64,000 nucleotides of DNA from NCBI GenBank assembly GCA_016187335.1, contig JACPJW010000001.1:853978-917977 (forward strand), given 5' to 3'. Origin of the DNA: Candidatus Aenigmatarchaeota archaeon (GTDB lineage Archaea > Aenigmatarchaeota > Aenigmatarchaeia > GW2011-AR5). Below are positions 9,102 through 19,415 of this stretch, piece after piece. Position 1 is the first letter of the stretch. Each line of letters starts with the position of its first letter. A model generated the notes under the pieces. That model did no database searches. It saw nothing but the letters and a program-made list of their open reading frames with translations, and was not told the origin of the DNA. Position numbers and translations under genes: made by a program.

Positions 9102-10367
9102 ATGTTCGGCGCTTTGAAGAAAAAACTGCAGGAAGCAATAAGCAGGATTACGGGCAAGGAAAAGCCGGCTGAAGAGGAAAAGCCAAAGCCACAAGAAACG
9201 ACGGTGGAACCGAAACAGCCTGAAGTTCCTTCGAAACTTCCTTCTGCCCAAGATCTTCTTGAAGAGAAAACAGAAGGGAGAGAAGAGAAACCAGGGCAGC
9301 CGGAAGAAATCAAAAAGGAAGAGGCGAAGCCTTTTGTCTTGGAAAAAGAAGAAAAGCCGCTGATAAAAGAAGTTGACGAAATTCTTGAAGAAGAGAAGCT
9401 TCCTGTTACGGAAAAAGAGGAAAAAGAACGGCTGGGCAGGAGAGAAGAGCTGAAACCGGAGCCTGTTCTGGAAGAAGAAAAGCCCGGATTTTTTTCCGGT
9501 CTGCTGAGGAAAGTCACGAAGAAGGTAACGGAAAAAACGCTTGGCGGCGAGGAAATTGACAAGTTCCTGAAAGATTTGCAGTTAGCGCTGCTTGAAAACG
9601 ACGTTTCAATGGAAACAGCAGAACGGATATGCGAAGAAGTGAAGCAGCAGCTGAGCGGCAAAAGCGTGAGGCGCGGCGATGTTGAAAAGGAAATAAAGTC
9701 AGCGTTGCGCAGCGCCATGCTCGACGTGATGCAACAGCCTGAACTGGATTTGGAAAAAATGATAGAAGAAAAAGGCGGCAGCCCGCTGCTTGTGGTGTTC
9801 TTCGGCTTCAACGGCACCGGAAAAACTACAAGCATAGCAAAGCTTGCGCACAGGCTGAAGCAGTACAGGCCCGTGATTGCCGCAGGCGATACGTTCCGCG
9901 CGGCGAGCATCGAGCAGCTGGAGGAGCACGGCCGCAGGCTTGGCGTTGATGTTGTAAAGCACAAATACGGCGCTGACAGCGCTGCGGTGATTTTTGACGC
10001 CGTGAAGCATGCATCAGCAGTTGGCGGCAAAATAGTGCTGGCGGATACAGCCGGCCGCAGCCACAGCAACGTGAATTTGATGGACGAGCTGAAAAAAATA
10101 GTGCGGGTGAACAAGCCTGACCTGAAGGTCCTGATACTGGATTCCATAACCGGCAACGACATCTACGACCAGTCGGTGCTTTTTGAAAAAGCCGCGGGCG
10201 TTGACGCAATAATACTGACAAAAGCCGACGTCTACGAGAAAGGCGGGGCGGCGCTTTCAGCTACTCATACGCTGAAAAAGCCCGTGCTGTTCCTTGGCGT
10301 AGGGCAGGAATACGGTGATTTGAAGGAGTTCGAGCCCGAGGAGATCGTAAGGAATCTGCTGGAGTAG
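9102..10367 (+). CDS. ftsY: signal recognition particle receptor FtsY
   Basis: Glu/Lys-rich acidic N-domain, then an NG domain with G1 (GFNGTGKTTS), DTFRAAS, DTAGR and TKAD motifs. The likely start is Met 9102 (the track ORF begins at 9078). Confidence 0.9.
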   Translation: MFGALKKKLQEAISRITGKEKPAEEEKPKPQETTVEPKQPEVPSKLPSAQDLLEEKTEGREEKPGQPEEIKKEEAKPFVLEKEEKPLIKEVDEILEEEKLPVTEKEEKERLGRREELKPEPVLEEEKPGFFSGLLRKVTKKVTEKTLGGEEIDKFLKDLQLALLENDVSMETAERICEEVKQQLSGKSVRRGDVEKEIKSALRSAMLDVMQQPELDLEKMIEEKGGSPLLVVFFGFNGTGKTTSIAKLAHRLKQYRPVIAAGDTFRAASIEQLEEHGRRLGVDVVKHKYGADSAAVIFDAVKHASAVGGKIVLADTAGRSHSNVNLMDELKKIVRVNKPDLKVLILDSITGNDIYDQSVLFEKAAGVDAIILTKADVYEKGGAALSATHTLKKPVLFLGVGQEYGDLKEFEPEEIVRNLLE

Positions 10368-10777
10368 AAATCGAAATGGAAATTTTTGAGTTCTAAACCA
10401 AATAACTTATAAACTGGTTAGTCGATTCTCGAAATCAGAGGGTCAGTTCTACCGATACAAACAATATCTGATTCACCAGCACCTACATATGATGATTTTC
10501 CTAACCGCCACTTGAAATTTTTTACTGTATTTAGATTCACTTCAAAATCTGTGTTTCTAGGTCCTAGTCTTTTAATGTACAATTCCGATGTACCAAAGGG
10601 GTTTCTGTCCTTATTGCAGGGAAAGTATGAAAGAACCTTTTTCTGGGACGATCCGCTTGATCCTTAGTCATTTTGATGCACCTATGCAATTCTCTTTATT
10701 TGCTAATAAAATCCAACTTCTGGCCTCTCATGCACGCTTATCTTGAAAGAATATCGTGTGTTTTGATCGCTTCGCGT

Positions 10778-10924
10778 CTAGTTCCCGTTGTTCTCGCCCA
10801 CGAGCTTGCGGACAGCGTCCCTGACAGCTTCGCTGCGGTTCGGGTAGACGCCTTTCTTGACAAGAACGTCTATGTTCTTTATCTGCTTCTCCGTGAGCCT
10901 TATCTGGATTGTTTCCATGACCAT
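10778..10924 (-). CDS. ribbon-helix-helix (CopG/NikR-type) small DNA-binding protein (48 aa, not in ORF track)
   Basis: Manual reverse translation gives MVMETIQIRLTEKQIKNIDVLVKKGVYPNRSEAVRDAVRKLVGENNGN*. This is a classic RHH pattern (beta-strand IQIRL, helix, SRSEAVR helix). It lies 12 nt downstream of the 10937-11251 ORF on the same strand. Confidence 0.6.
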   Translation of the reverse strand: MVMETIQIRLTEKQIKNIDVLVKKGVYPNRSEAVRDAVRKLVGENNGN

Positions 10925-10936
10925 GATGATTTCACC

Positions 10937-11251
10937 TCATTTCAATTGAAGAGTTTTTGTCGTATCTTTACCAACATAAAAATCCGGTATTGAAGCCTCA
11001 TTTTGCGGTTCTCCGTCTGGAATACCAAAAACGCGATAATACCCTTCTTTAACTTTAGTTGTGACAAAGGGATCTTCGTCAAAAGCGTCCACTTCTAATG
11101 GAAGGCCGACACGGACACCATTTATCGTCATTATGCTAACTTTAACCGGATATCTGCCTTCACGGCTTCCTCTTCTTGCAATTACATTTTCAGGGTCCAA
11201 TCTTATTCTCAGATTGTATTTCGGCATTTCACCCATCAGACCACCTTCCAA
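10937..11251 (-). CDS. hypothetical protein, co-oriented immediately upstream of the RHH gene
   Basis: 104 aa ORF with no recognisable motif. Possible alternative start at internal Met (MPKYNL). Confidence 0.4.
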   Translation of the reverse strand: MEGGLMGEMPKYNLRIRLDPENVIARRGSREGRYPVKVSIMTINGVRVGLPLEVDAFDEDPFVTTKVKEGYYRVFGIPDGEPQNEASIPDFYVGKDTTKTLQLK

Positions 11252-11413
11252 ATGTGCGTGTAATGCATTACCTTCATAATGTAATTACTTTACAATAGTG
11301 ATTATAGTAATCTTTAAATACCTTACTACGGGGCGGTGACTATAAGCAGGAAACTGCTGCTTTACAATGAATTTGTTTCCGAGGATTTAATCTTTTTGCT
11401 TCATCTTGTTGTT

Positions 11414-12718
11414 ATGCTTTCAGGATTGTCGCAGAAGCTCAGGGACGCCATAGACAGGTTCTCCAGGGGCGGCGCGAACAGGGAGGAAGTGGATGAGCTG
11501 GTGAGGGAAATCCAGCGCTCCCTGATATCCGCGGACGTTGATGTCCAGCTTGTCCTGCAGCTGAGCGAGTCCATAAAGAAGCAGTCCTTTGAAAAGATGC
11601 CCGCAGGCCTGACAAGAAGGGAGCATGTTGTCCGCGTTGTCTACGAGGAACTGGCGGAAATAATGGGCAGAGAGAAGTCGGCTATCGCCCTAAAACCGAA
11701 AAAAATACTGCTTGCGGGGCTTTACGGCAGCGGAAAGACGACTACAGCCGCAAAGCTCGCGCGCTTTTACCAGAAAAAAGGGCTGAAAACAGCGCTGATA
11801 TGCTGCGATACGGTAAGGCCCGCGGCTTATGAGCAGCTGAAGCAGCTGGCGGAAAAAATAGACGCGGAATTCTACGGCGAGAAGGGCGAGAAGGATTCTG
11901 CTGCTGTTTTAAGAAACGCGCTGAAAAAAGTCCGCGGCGACGTGATCATTGTAGACTCATCAGGAAGAAACGCCCTTGACGGTTCTTTGATAGAAGAGAT
12001 AAAGGAAATTGATTCTTTGCTTAATCCCGACGAGCGCATTTTAGTGATACCAGCCGACATCGGCCAGGCGGCTAATGAGCAGGCGACGGCGTTTTCTAAT
12101 GCCCTTCACATCACGGACGTCATTGTCACAAAACTGGACGCGACGGCGAAAGGCGGCGGAGCGCTTACGGCTTGTTATCAGACGAGGGCGAAAGTGATTT
12201 TTGTCACCGTAGGCGAGACGCCTGAGGACCTTGAGCAGTACGACCCGAAAAAATTCGTCGCGCGGCTGCTGGGTTTCCCGGATTTAGAGGCGCTGCTGGA
12301 AAAAGCCAAGACCGCAGTTGATGAAGAAAAGGCGAAAAAAGTTGTCAGCGGGGATTTTACAATAGAGGAATTCTACGAGCAGATAGAGTCTGTGCAAAAA
12401 ATGGGCCCGCTGTCGCAGATAATGGACATGATGGGCCTCGGCAAGATGAGCGGAAAGGTTCCGGGCGGCGTTGATGTCCACGAGGCGAAGATGAAGAAAT
12501 GGGGGCACATCATAAAAAGCATGACAAGAGAGGAGAAATCCAGCCCGGACATCATCAATCCTTCGCGCGTGAGCAGGATAGCCAGGGGCAGCGGAACAAG
12601 CGAATCAGAAGTCCGCGAGCTGCTGTCAAACTACGGAAAAATAAAGAAGATGATGAAGAAGATGTCGCCATCAAAATTAAAAAGAAGCGGGCTGTTCAGG
12701 AAGTTCGGGCTGAGATAG
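11414..12718 (+). CDS. srp54: signal recognition particle protein SRP54
   Basis: N domain, then a G domain (GLYGSGKTTTAAKLA, DTVRPAAYEQL, DSSGR, TKLD) and a Met-rich M domain (MGPLSQIMDMMGLGKM). Start chosen at Met 11414 (track ORF 11336). Confidence 0.9.
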   Translation: MLSGLSQKLRDAIDRFSRGGANREEVDELVREIQRSLISADVDVQLVLQLSESIKKQSFEKMPAGLTRREHVVRVVYEELAEIMGREKSAIALKPKKILLAGLYGSGKTTTAAKLARFYQKKGLKTALICCDTVRPAAYEQLKQLAEKIDAEFYGEKGEKDSAAVLRNALKKVRGDVIIVDSSGRNALDGSLIEEIKEIDSLLNPDERILVIPADIGQAANEQATAFSNALHITDVIVTKLDATAKGGGALTACYQTRAKVIFVTVGETPEDLEQYDPKKFVARLLGFPDLEALLEKAKTAVDEEKAKKVVSGDFTIEEFYEQIESVQKMGPLSQIMDMMGLGKMSGKVPGGVDVHEAKMKKWGHIIKSMTREEKSSPDIINPSRVSRIARGSGTSESEVRELLSNYGKIKKMMKKMSPSKLKRSGLFRKFGLR

Positions 12719-12739
12719 CAATTCTGGAGTTTTTCATTA

Positions 12740-13387
12740 TCAGGATTGCGGCGAATAAGGCAGGAAAAGCACGGTTTCTCTCAGCGAAAACATTTTCGGA
12801 TAATAATCGCTTCTGCCTTGCCTGTCCACGAGAACTCCTCTTATCCCTGCTTTTCCGGCGCCTTCAATGTCGTCGGCAATCCTGTCGCCGACCATCACCG
12901 CTTGTTCAGCAGTAACTCCTAATCTTTCTAATGCCGTTCTGTAAATCCGCGGGTCCGGTTTCACCAGACCAATGTCGCAGGAAACAATAACGGCGTCAAA
13001 GCAATCGTATATGCCAAGGCCTTTGATCATGCTGTGGGCGCCAGCGTAGCCGTTTGACACTATGCCGAGCTTGTATCTTTTTTCTTTCAATTTATGAAGG
13101 ACTTCCCTTGTTTCAGGAAACAATCTTACCTTTCTTACGTTCTCTTCCCATATTGAGGCAAGCTTCTCCTCAACAGAAGCGTCGCTCACGCCAAACTCCC
13201 CGCAGACGTACGCAAAAGCGGCTTTGAAAGAAGGAAACTGCCTTGTCATCAGTGACGACTGGAATTTCGCCATGAATTCCTCGAAGCTTTTGTCGTAGCC
13301 AAGAAGTTCCCGCGCTTTTTGCACAGGATTTCCCGCCTCGCTGTAAATAAGCGTGTCCCACAAGTCAAATATGACCGCGCGAATCAT
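12740..13387 (-). CDS. HAD-superfamily hydrolase (phosphatase/dehalogenase-like)
   Basis: N-terminal motif I VIFDLWDTLI (DxD-type) and C-terminal GDRIADDIEGA motif. Confidence 0.75.
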   Translation of the reverse strand: MIRAVIFDLWDTLIYSEAGNPVQKARELLGYDKSFEEFMAKFQSSLMTRQFPSFKAAFAYVCGEFGVSDASVEEKLASIWEENVRKVRLFPETREVLHKLKEKRYKLGIVSNGYAGAHSMIKGLGIYDCFDAVIVSCDIGLVKPDPRIYRTALERLGVTAEQAVMVGDRIADDIEGAGKAGIRGVLVDRQGRSDYYPKMFSLRETVLFLPYSPQS

Positions 13388-13589
13388 GTTAACTCACATT
13401 TCTGGTTTCAGATTAGCTTAAAAAGTTATTGTTGTATATCATAAGTTGATAATATTTTCTCCGGGAAAGCTGTTGCAGACCGTCATCGGCTGCTTGATCC
13501 AGATTCCTGGCGGTCTCGTGGAACGCCTGGCGTTCTCTTGGCTTTTAGAAAAATGAAAAGAGGTTTTTGATATCGAAGTAACTCCCCCT

Positions 13590-14285
13590 ATGAAGCAGAT
13601 GGGATATGACCGCGCCATCGTTGTATTTTCTCCAGAGGGCAGGATGTATCAGGTGGAGTACGCAAGGAAAGCTGTTGAAAAGGCAACAACCATAGTCGGC
13701 GTGACGTTTGTCAACGGCGTCGTGCTCGTGGCAACAAAAAGCCTGCAGAAGCTGCTCGTTCCCGAAAGCGTGGAGAAGATTTCAAAGATAGACGAGCACA
13801 TAGGCGCAGGCTCTGCGGGCATTCTTGCTGACGCCCGTGTCCTTGTTGATTACGCGCGCGTGCGCTGCCAGGTCAACAGGATAAGCTTCGGCGAATCCAT
13901 AGAAATCAACGCGCTTGTAAAGGACATTTCCGACAGGAAGCAGAGGTTCACCCAATTAGGCGGCATCAGGCCTTACGGTGTATCGCTGCTTTTGGCAGGA
14001 GTGGACGGCGGGCCGCATCTGTACGAAACAGACCCTTCCGGCACGATCAGGGAGTGGCGCGCGCATGCCATAGGCAGGGGCGCGAAGGAAGCGAAGAAAG
14101 TTCTCATAGAAGAATACAAGGATGAAATAAGCAGGGAAGAAGCCCTTGCGCTTGCGCTGAAGGCGCTGAAAACCGGCGAAAAGAAGCTTGCAGCAAAGGC
14201 CGTGGAGATAGGAGTTGTCGAGGACGGGAAATTCCGCTTGCTGGAGCGCAATGAGGTCCGCGAGGCGCTGAAGGGATTTGTGTGA
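13590..14285 (+). CDS. psmA: proteasome subunit alpha
   Basis: The N-terminal YDRAIVVFSPEGRMYQVEYA block is the archaeal/eukaryotic proteasome alpha signature. Confidence 0.9.
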   Translation: MKQMGYDRAIVVFSPEGRMYQVEYARKAVEKATTIVGVTFVNGVVLVATKSLQKLLVPESVEKISKIDEHIGAGSAGILADARVLVDYARVRCQVNRISFGESIEINALVKDISDRKQRFTQLGGIRPYGVSLLLAGVDGGPHLYETDPSGTIREWRAHAIGRGAKEAKKVLIEEYKDEISREEALALALKALKTGEKKLAAKAVEIGVVEDGKFRLLERNEVREALKGFV

Positions 14286-14287
14286 AG

Positions 14288-15127
14288 TTAATAGACTTTT
14301 CTTCTAGCAAGAGCAATGTATTTTTCAGAAGATTTTAAATTGCCTCCACCGAGGTAAAATTTGTCTCGAGCATCCCAAAGATGATTACTATCGCGATCTC
14401 CTAAAAATCTCCTAAAACCATCAAGAAGTCCATGTTCTTCGACAAATTGTCTCGGTCGCATTCTGTAAAGCGCGTCGCAAAATTCTTCAGCATGAGGAAT
14501 TTCTAATGCATCAAGTCTTTGCCTTAACCTGTCAATACGCCTTTCTCTGTCTTTGCCGTCCATCCAATCGAATACTTCCGACCAGTAAGTCAAATCTGGC
14601 ATGTGTTTGCGATAAAGAAAATGATGCATTGCTGTAGAAATTCTTTCAGGTCTTGATAAGTGAGGATTTGAAAATTCTTCGTGGATGGGAAGCGCTTCAA
14701 GGAAGGAAGGTAAAATATTGTCAATACCTACTATCATGTCAGAAGCTGCGTGCATGTATTCGTGAGTTAAGGCAGGTCTGCCAGATAAATACATTACAAT
14801 TCCATAAAGACCAATACAAGATGCCGGAATTATAGAAATTTTCCCTATTGCTGTATAAGATAAAATTCCTAACGCTGTGGAAAGAGCAATACTTCCTGTA
14901 ATTACACCAACATCATGACCAAAAATGTAAATGGTTTCAGTCTCGGGATCGTAATGCGTATAATAAGGTTTTCCTGTTTTTGGACCATAGACTGGACTGC
15001 CTATAAATTTTAGTTCAATGCCCGACAAATCAACATCATATTTCGTTTCGATATAACTTCGTGTCTGTTTAATTGCGGATTCGTTTATCATAGTTATTAA
15101 GAAGTGGTGACAAATGTTTAAATGCAT
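14288..15127 (-). CDS. hypothetical membrane protein with an HExxH motif (putative zinc metalloprotease)
   Basis: 279 aa. LTHEYMHAASD contains HExxH, with hydrophobic segments in the N-terminal half. Confidence 0.4.
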   Translation of the reverse strand: MHLNICHHFLITMINESAIKQTRSYIETKYDVDLSGIELKFIGSPVYGPKTGKPYYTHYDPETETIYIFGHDVGVITGSIALSTALGILSYTAIGKISIIPASCIGLYGIVMYLSGRPALTHEYMHAASDMIVGIDNILPSFLEALPIHEEFSNPHLSRPERISTAMHHFLYRKHMPDLTYWSEVFDWMDGKDRERRIDRLRQRLDALEIPHAEEFCDALYRMRPRQFVEEHGLLDGFRRFLGDRDSNHLWDARDKFYLGGGNLKSSEKYIALARRKVY

Positions 15128-15231
15128 GAGCCCTGAGCTTTCAGGAACGCGTTAATTATGTGAAAATGAATTACGCATTACTCCTGAATTACGTTTTTCG
15201 CCATTTCAAATCTTAAAAGTGTTTTTGTGAA

Positions 15232-16275
15232 TTGTATCTAATGGGCAGCGTAAAGGACCTGGTAGTCCGTCAGCATCCGTCTCCGCAGGAAATGGGCTCG
15301 GGCGCGTTTGTTTTTTCTGACCGCTATTCTGTTTTTGACTGGGGAGAAATGCCTGATCATGTACCTAACAAAGGTTCTTCCCTGTGCTTGATGTCGGCAT
15401 ATTTCTTCGCGCAGCTTAATCAAAGCGGAATCCGGACGCATTATACCGGGCTTGATGGCAACCATGCAATGAATGTGCATCTTGTGAATGTTGTGAAGCC
15501 CGGCGTCCTTGCTGGCGGCTATGATTATTCATCTTTTCGTTCAATGCAGGGTAATTTCGTAATTCCTTTTGAGATAATTTACAGGAACACCTTGCCGAAA
15601 GGAAGCTCTGTGTTCAAAAGGCTGAGAGAAGGTTCGCTTTCCCTCTTGTCAATGGGCTTGACGGAGCAGCCCGGAGAAGGCGACCCTCTGCCGCGAATGT
15701 TTCCGGATATAAGCACAAAATACGAGGCATTCGACCGCTATCCGGATGAAAGAAAAGGCGAAAGCAGGGCAGCGTTCCTAAGAGACCTTGGCGGCCTGAG
15801 CGAAGAAGAAGCAGTGATGATAGACTGCATTACAAAAGAAGCAAACAAAGTTATAACAGATGGTATCGGGCACGCTGGCCTGCGCAATGATGACGGGAAG
15901 CTTGAATTCGCTTTCACGCCTGAAAGAGATCTGATGGTTGTTGATGCCATAGGCACGCTTGATGAATGCAGGTTCACATATCCTGCTGGAGGCAGGCGGA
16001 TAGAGGTGAGCAAGGAAATCCCGAGGCAGTGGTACCGTTACAGGCAGCCGGAATGGGTCGCAGAAGTGGAAGCTGCAAAAAGCACAGGAAATGCTGAGTG
16101 GCGGGCTCTTGTTACGCAGAAACCTGAACCATTGCCGCCACGTTTATTGGAATTGCTGGGCATGGCTTACGCGTCGTCAGCAAACGCGGTTTTGGGAAAA
16201 GACGTCTTTGATTGCCCGCCGCTGGATACAGTTGTAAGGGAATACCAGAGGTTCAAGGAGATTGAGATGAAATGA
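15232..16275 (+). CDS. purC: SAICAR synthetase-like protein (phosphoribosylaminoimidazole-succinocarboxamide synthase family)
   Basis: 347 aa with an N-terminal GSVKDLVV...FSDRYSVFDW pattern reminiscent of PurC. Sits next to purB and purF. Longer than typical PurC, so the assignment is tentative. Confidence 0.5.
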   Translation: MYLMGSVKDLVVRQHPSPQEMGSGAFVFSDRYSVFDWGEMPDHVPNKGSSLCLMSAYFFAQLNQSGIRTHYTGLDGNHAMNVHLVNVVKPGVLAGGYDYSSFRSMQGNFVIPFEIIYRNTLPKGSSVFKRLREGSLSLLSMGLTEQPGEGDPLPRMFPDISTKYEAFDRYPDERKGESRAAFLRDLGGLSEEEAVMIDCITKEANKVITDGIGHAGLRNDDGKLEFAFTPERDLMVVDAIGTLDECRFTYPAGGRRIEVSKEIPRQWYRYRQPEWVAEVEAAKSTGNAEWRALVTQKPEPLPPRLLELLGMAYASSANAVLGKDVFDCPPLDTVVREYQRFKEIEMK

Positions 16276-17693
16276 GCTCGGTTCTTGAAAAAAGATATGC
16301 TAGCAGGCGCATGCGAGAAATCTGGGATGATAACCAGAAATATCTCAGGTGGCGTGGCGTATGGGTTGCATCGGCCGAGGCATTGATGGAATTAGGAATC
16401 CTGGGAACTCAGGAACAGATTGACGAGCTACGTGCTTATCGTAGCATAATTGATTATGACAAGGTTGCGGTGTACGAAAGGCAAACAAAACATGATGTTC
16501 TTGCCCACAGAAAAGCTTATGCAGACCTATGCCCTAATGGCGGAAAAATATTGCATGCGGGTCTGACAAGCGATAACGTCACAAGCCCTGCTGAATCAAT
16601 GCAGATGCGGGATGCGCTTCATCTTCTTGTTTTGGAAGCGGCGCGAACCGTAGACCTGCTTGGCATGCAGGCAGAACGTTACCGGGACCTTCCTTGCGTC
16701 GGTTACACCCATTTTCAGGAAGCCCAGCCAACAACTATTGGAAAACGCATCGCATTATGGGGCCAAGGATTTTCAGATGCTCTTCACGACTTAGAAAAAA
16801 GGCTTGAATTAAGATGGGGTGGAATGAGGGGAGCAACAGGAACGCAGGAAGCGCTTTTGCATCTTTTCAATGGAGACGTCAAGAAAATAGAAGAGTACGA
16901 AAGGCGCGTTGCAGAAAAGCTTGGTCTGGGCGAAACTTATATATTAACGGGCCAGACGCCGCCAAGGTCAGGCGACTACCAGATTCTTTCTGCTTTGGCT
17001 GAAATAGGAATGGCAGGACAAAAATTTGGCACGGACATACGGCTTTTATGGAATACAAAGCAGGTCGGGGAGCCGTTTGAAGAGGGACAACTGGGTTCCA
17101 GCGCAATGGCTTACAAACAAAATCCCAGCCGTTCAGAAAGGATTTGCGGGCTTGCAAGAAATTTGTATGCATACGCGGAAGCTGCGGCGCATATGGCCGG
17201 ACAACAATGGCTTGAAAGAACTTTGGATGATTCTTCGCAGCGAAGGATTATAAACCCGGATGCGTTTCTGACTGCCGATGCTGTCCTGAACCTTGCCATG
17301 TATGTCGCAAAAGGTCTTCGTGTTTATCCCGCGCGTGTAAAGCGTGAATTAATTGAGCACCTTCCTTTTGTGGCAACTGAAAATATAATCACATCAGCTG
17401 TAAGGTCCGGCAGGGACAGAACAACTGTTTATGACGCTGTGCAGAGACACAGCAGAAGTGTTATGGAACATCTTATGGAAGATCCTTATGCGCAAAACGA
17501 CCTTCTAGAACGTATTGCCCGTGACCCCGATGTAGGATTGGCGAAAGAACAAATAGACGGAATTGTTGGGGACGGCCGCCATTATGCAGGTCTTGCGCCG
17601 CAGCAAGTTGATAAGTTTCTCCGGGAAGTTGTCCAGCCTGTCCGTGAAAAATATCCGGAAGCATTGGTCATAGAGCCGGAAGTTGAAATCTGA
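16272..17693 (+). CDS. purB: adenylosuccinate lyase
   Basis: 473 aa fumarase/aspartase-fold protein with GSSAMAYKQNP (lyase signature SSxMPxKxN). Confidence 0.85.
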   Translation: MSSVLEKRYASRRMREIWDDNQKYLRWRGVWVASAEALMELGILGTQEQIDELRAYRSIIDYDKVAVYERQTKHDVLAHRKAYADLCPNGGKILHAGLTSDNVTSPAESMQMRDALHLLVLEAARTVDLLGMQAERYRDLPCVGYTHFQEAQPTTIGKRIALWGQGFSDALHDLEKRLELRWGGMRGATGTQEALLHLFNGDVKKIEEYERRVAEKLGLGETYILTGQTPPRSGDYQILSALAEIGMAGQKFGTDIRLLWNTKQVGEPFEEGQLGSSAMAYKQNPSRSERICGLARNLYAYAEAAAHMAGQQWLERTLDDSSQRRIINPDAFLTADAVLNLAMYVAKGLRVYPARVKRELIEHLPFVATENIITSAVRSGRDRTTVYDAVQRHSRSVMEHLMEDPYAQNDLLERIARDPDVGLAKEQIDGIVGDGRHYAGLAPQQVDKFLREVVQPVREKYPEALVIEPEVEI

Positions 17694-17783
17694 TTTATAA
17701 GATTTGCGGGTATTGATTCTGCATGGTGCTGCAGCATAACTGCGGAATAGCCGCGGTTTACAATCCAAACAGACTAGGCTGAA

Positions 17784-19247
17784 CTATTTCACGCCTTGAA
17801 ATTCTTTTAGAAAATTTGGTGCTTCAATTTTCCCGTCAAAGCCTATCCCGAGGCATTTCATGCATATTTCCTCGCCAAGAACCTCTTGTAAACCTTCTAT
17901 TGTCATGTAACCCCACGAGTCGGCACCTGTTAGTTGTCTCATATATTCATTTGCTACTTTTATATCATCCGAAGCAATCTGGCTTGCTATTAATTCCTCG
18001 GCTCCTCTGAAATCAATACCCCAGTGGCAGGCGTATTTTATCGGAGGGTCAGAAACTCTGATATGCACCTCTTTGGCGTTCATTTTTTTTAGCAACTCTA
18101 TATTTCGTCCTATCGTTGTTCCCCTTACAACACTGTCTGTAAGATACCCGACTCTTTTACCACTAACAAATTCTTCCAAAAGAAGTCTGTTTCCAGCTAT
18201 GAACTGTCTTTTCTGCAAGTTGTCTGTCATGAACCCTCTCTGAGACAGACTGACACCTCTGTCAGCCAGTTTTACAGGAAATCTTTCTTTGGGCATAGCT
18301 TTTATGTACAAAGTGCCTGCTTGTGCTGCAAATCCCATTGCTACATAGTCGCCTGACTCCGAATCAGGGACGATAACGTCAACGTCAGCAGGACAAATCT
18401 CATGTAATTTTTCGCCAAGCCTGTATCTAGCAACGGCTACCCGCAAATTTCCATTAGTTGTTGTGAAAGATGAATCGGGTCGTGCAAAATAAATGAATTC
18501 AAAGTGGCATAGCGATCTATTCGGATGACTTTCAATAGTATGAGTACGAATCCCGCCTTTATTTACAACTATTAACTGGGTGGGACCTATTTCTTCGATT
18601 TTTTGAATCGGGAAATCTGGACACAAGCCGTTATGTATTGCAGGCTCTTCAGAAGCAAATACATATGTCGCGCCTGATTGTCCGAAGAAAAGAGGTCTGT
18701 AGTTTTTCGGGTCCTGAATAGCCAGCAAAGTATTCTGTTCAGGAAGCAAGGCGACAACAGCGTAAGCACTGTCCTCCAGTTCTTTCATAAGTTTCTTCGT
18801 CCCGTTTTCGATTCCGTGTTGAGAAATTTCCCGCAGCCACAGTGCACCCAGAGATTCAGTGTCAGTCGTTGTCGTGTGATGATAGCCATCTCTTTCCATG
18901 TATTGTCTGAGTACATCTGCATAAGGTACATTCCCGTTGTGCACAATATGAAGCGACATGCCTTTGTACCCGACTACAATAGGAGGAGCGTTTACCATGC
19001 CTGACCGCCCACCTTCTGTACCGTATCTTAATCCTGCCACGCCCATATGCCCGGAGAGTCTGCCAGATATGTTGGGAAAGAATTCATAAGGTGGGTCAAG
19101 GCTCTTTTCTATCGGCAAAGTGCCGTTTGAAATTCCTACACCCTGCGGGTGCAAGCCGCCACGATTTTGCAGCATCTGAGCCGCTGTTGAAATCAAAGGA
19201 ATTACGTTTCTTCCATCAACAGAATAAGCTCCCGTAATTCCGCACAT
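17784..19247 (-). CDS. purF: amidophosphoribosyltransferase
   Basis: N-terminal MCGITG (Ntn Cys), then a glutamine amidotransferase class II domain and a PRTase motif (GYLTDSVVRGTT). Confidence 0.9.
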   Translation of the reverse strand: MCGITGAYSVDGRNVIPLISTAAQMLQNRGGLHPQGVGISNGTLPIEKSLDPPYEFFPNISGRLSGHMGVAGLRYGTEGGRSGMVNAPPIVVGYKGMSLHIVHNGNVPYADVLRQYMERDGYHHTTTTDTESLGALWLREISQHGIENGTKKLMKELEDSAYAVVALLPEQNTLLAIQDPKNYRPLFFGQSGATYVFASEEPAIHNGLCPDFPIQKIEEIGPTQLIVVNKGGIRTHTIESHPNRSLCHFEFIYFARPDSSFTTTNGNLRVAVARYRLGEKLHEICPADVDVIVPDSESGDYVAMGFAAQAGTLYIKAMPKERFPVKLADRGVSLSQRGFMTDNLQKRQFIAGNRLLLEEFVSGKRVGYLTDSVVRGTTIGRNIELLKKMNAKEVHIRVSDPPIKYACHWGIDFRGAEELIASQIASDDIKVANEYMRQLTGADSWGYMTIEGLQEVLGEEICMKCLGIGFDGKIEAPNFLKEFQGVK

Positions 19248-19415
19248 AAACTATCTTAAACCAGTGAAATTTTAAAAAGTGATTCTGTTCTGCTGCGGAC
19301 TGAATAATCTCCGATGTTTTTAACCCCTTAAATCCTTTGCGATTCAGAATAATTCTTGGAATTACGAAAAGGCTCCCTATTACGCACGCTGTGCTTACAA
19401 ACGGAGCCTCGGATT

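Noticed and set aside
9044-10162. 372-aa Ser/Thr/Phe-rich ORF on the minus strand
   Set aside because: Antisense shadow of the Glu/Lys-rich acidic domain of ftsY (GAA/GAG/AAG codons read as TTC/CTC/CTT in reverse), which has strong homology on the plus strand.
10673-10993. 106-aa plus-strand ORF
   Set aside because: Antisense to the RHH gene and the start of the 104-aa ORF. Low-complexity composition.
17694-17790. tRNA-like GC-rich stretch after purB (gcgggtattgattctgcatggtgctgcagc...)
   Set aside because: No T-loop consensus or complementary acceptor ends could be assembled.
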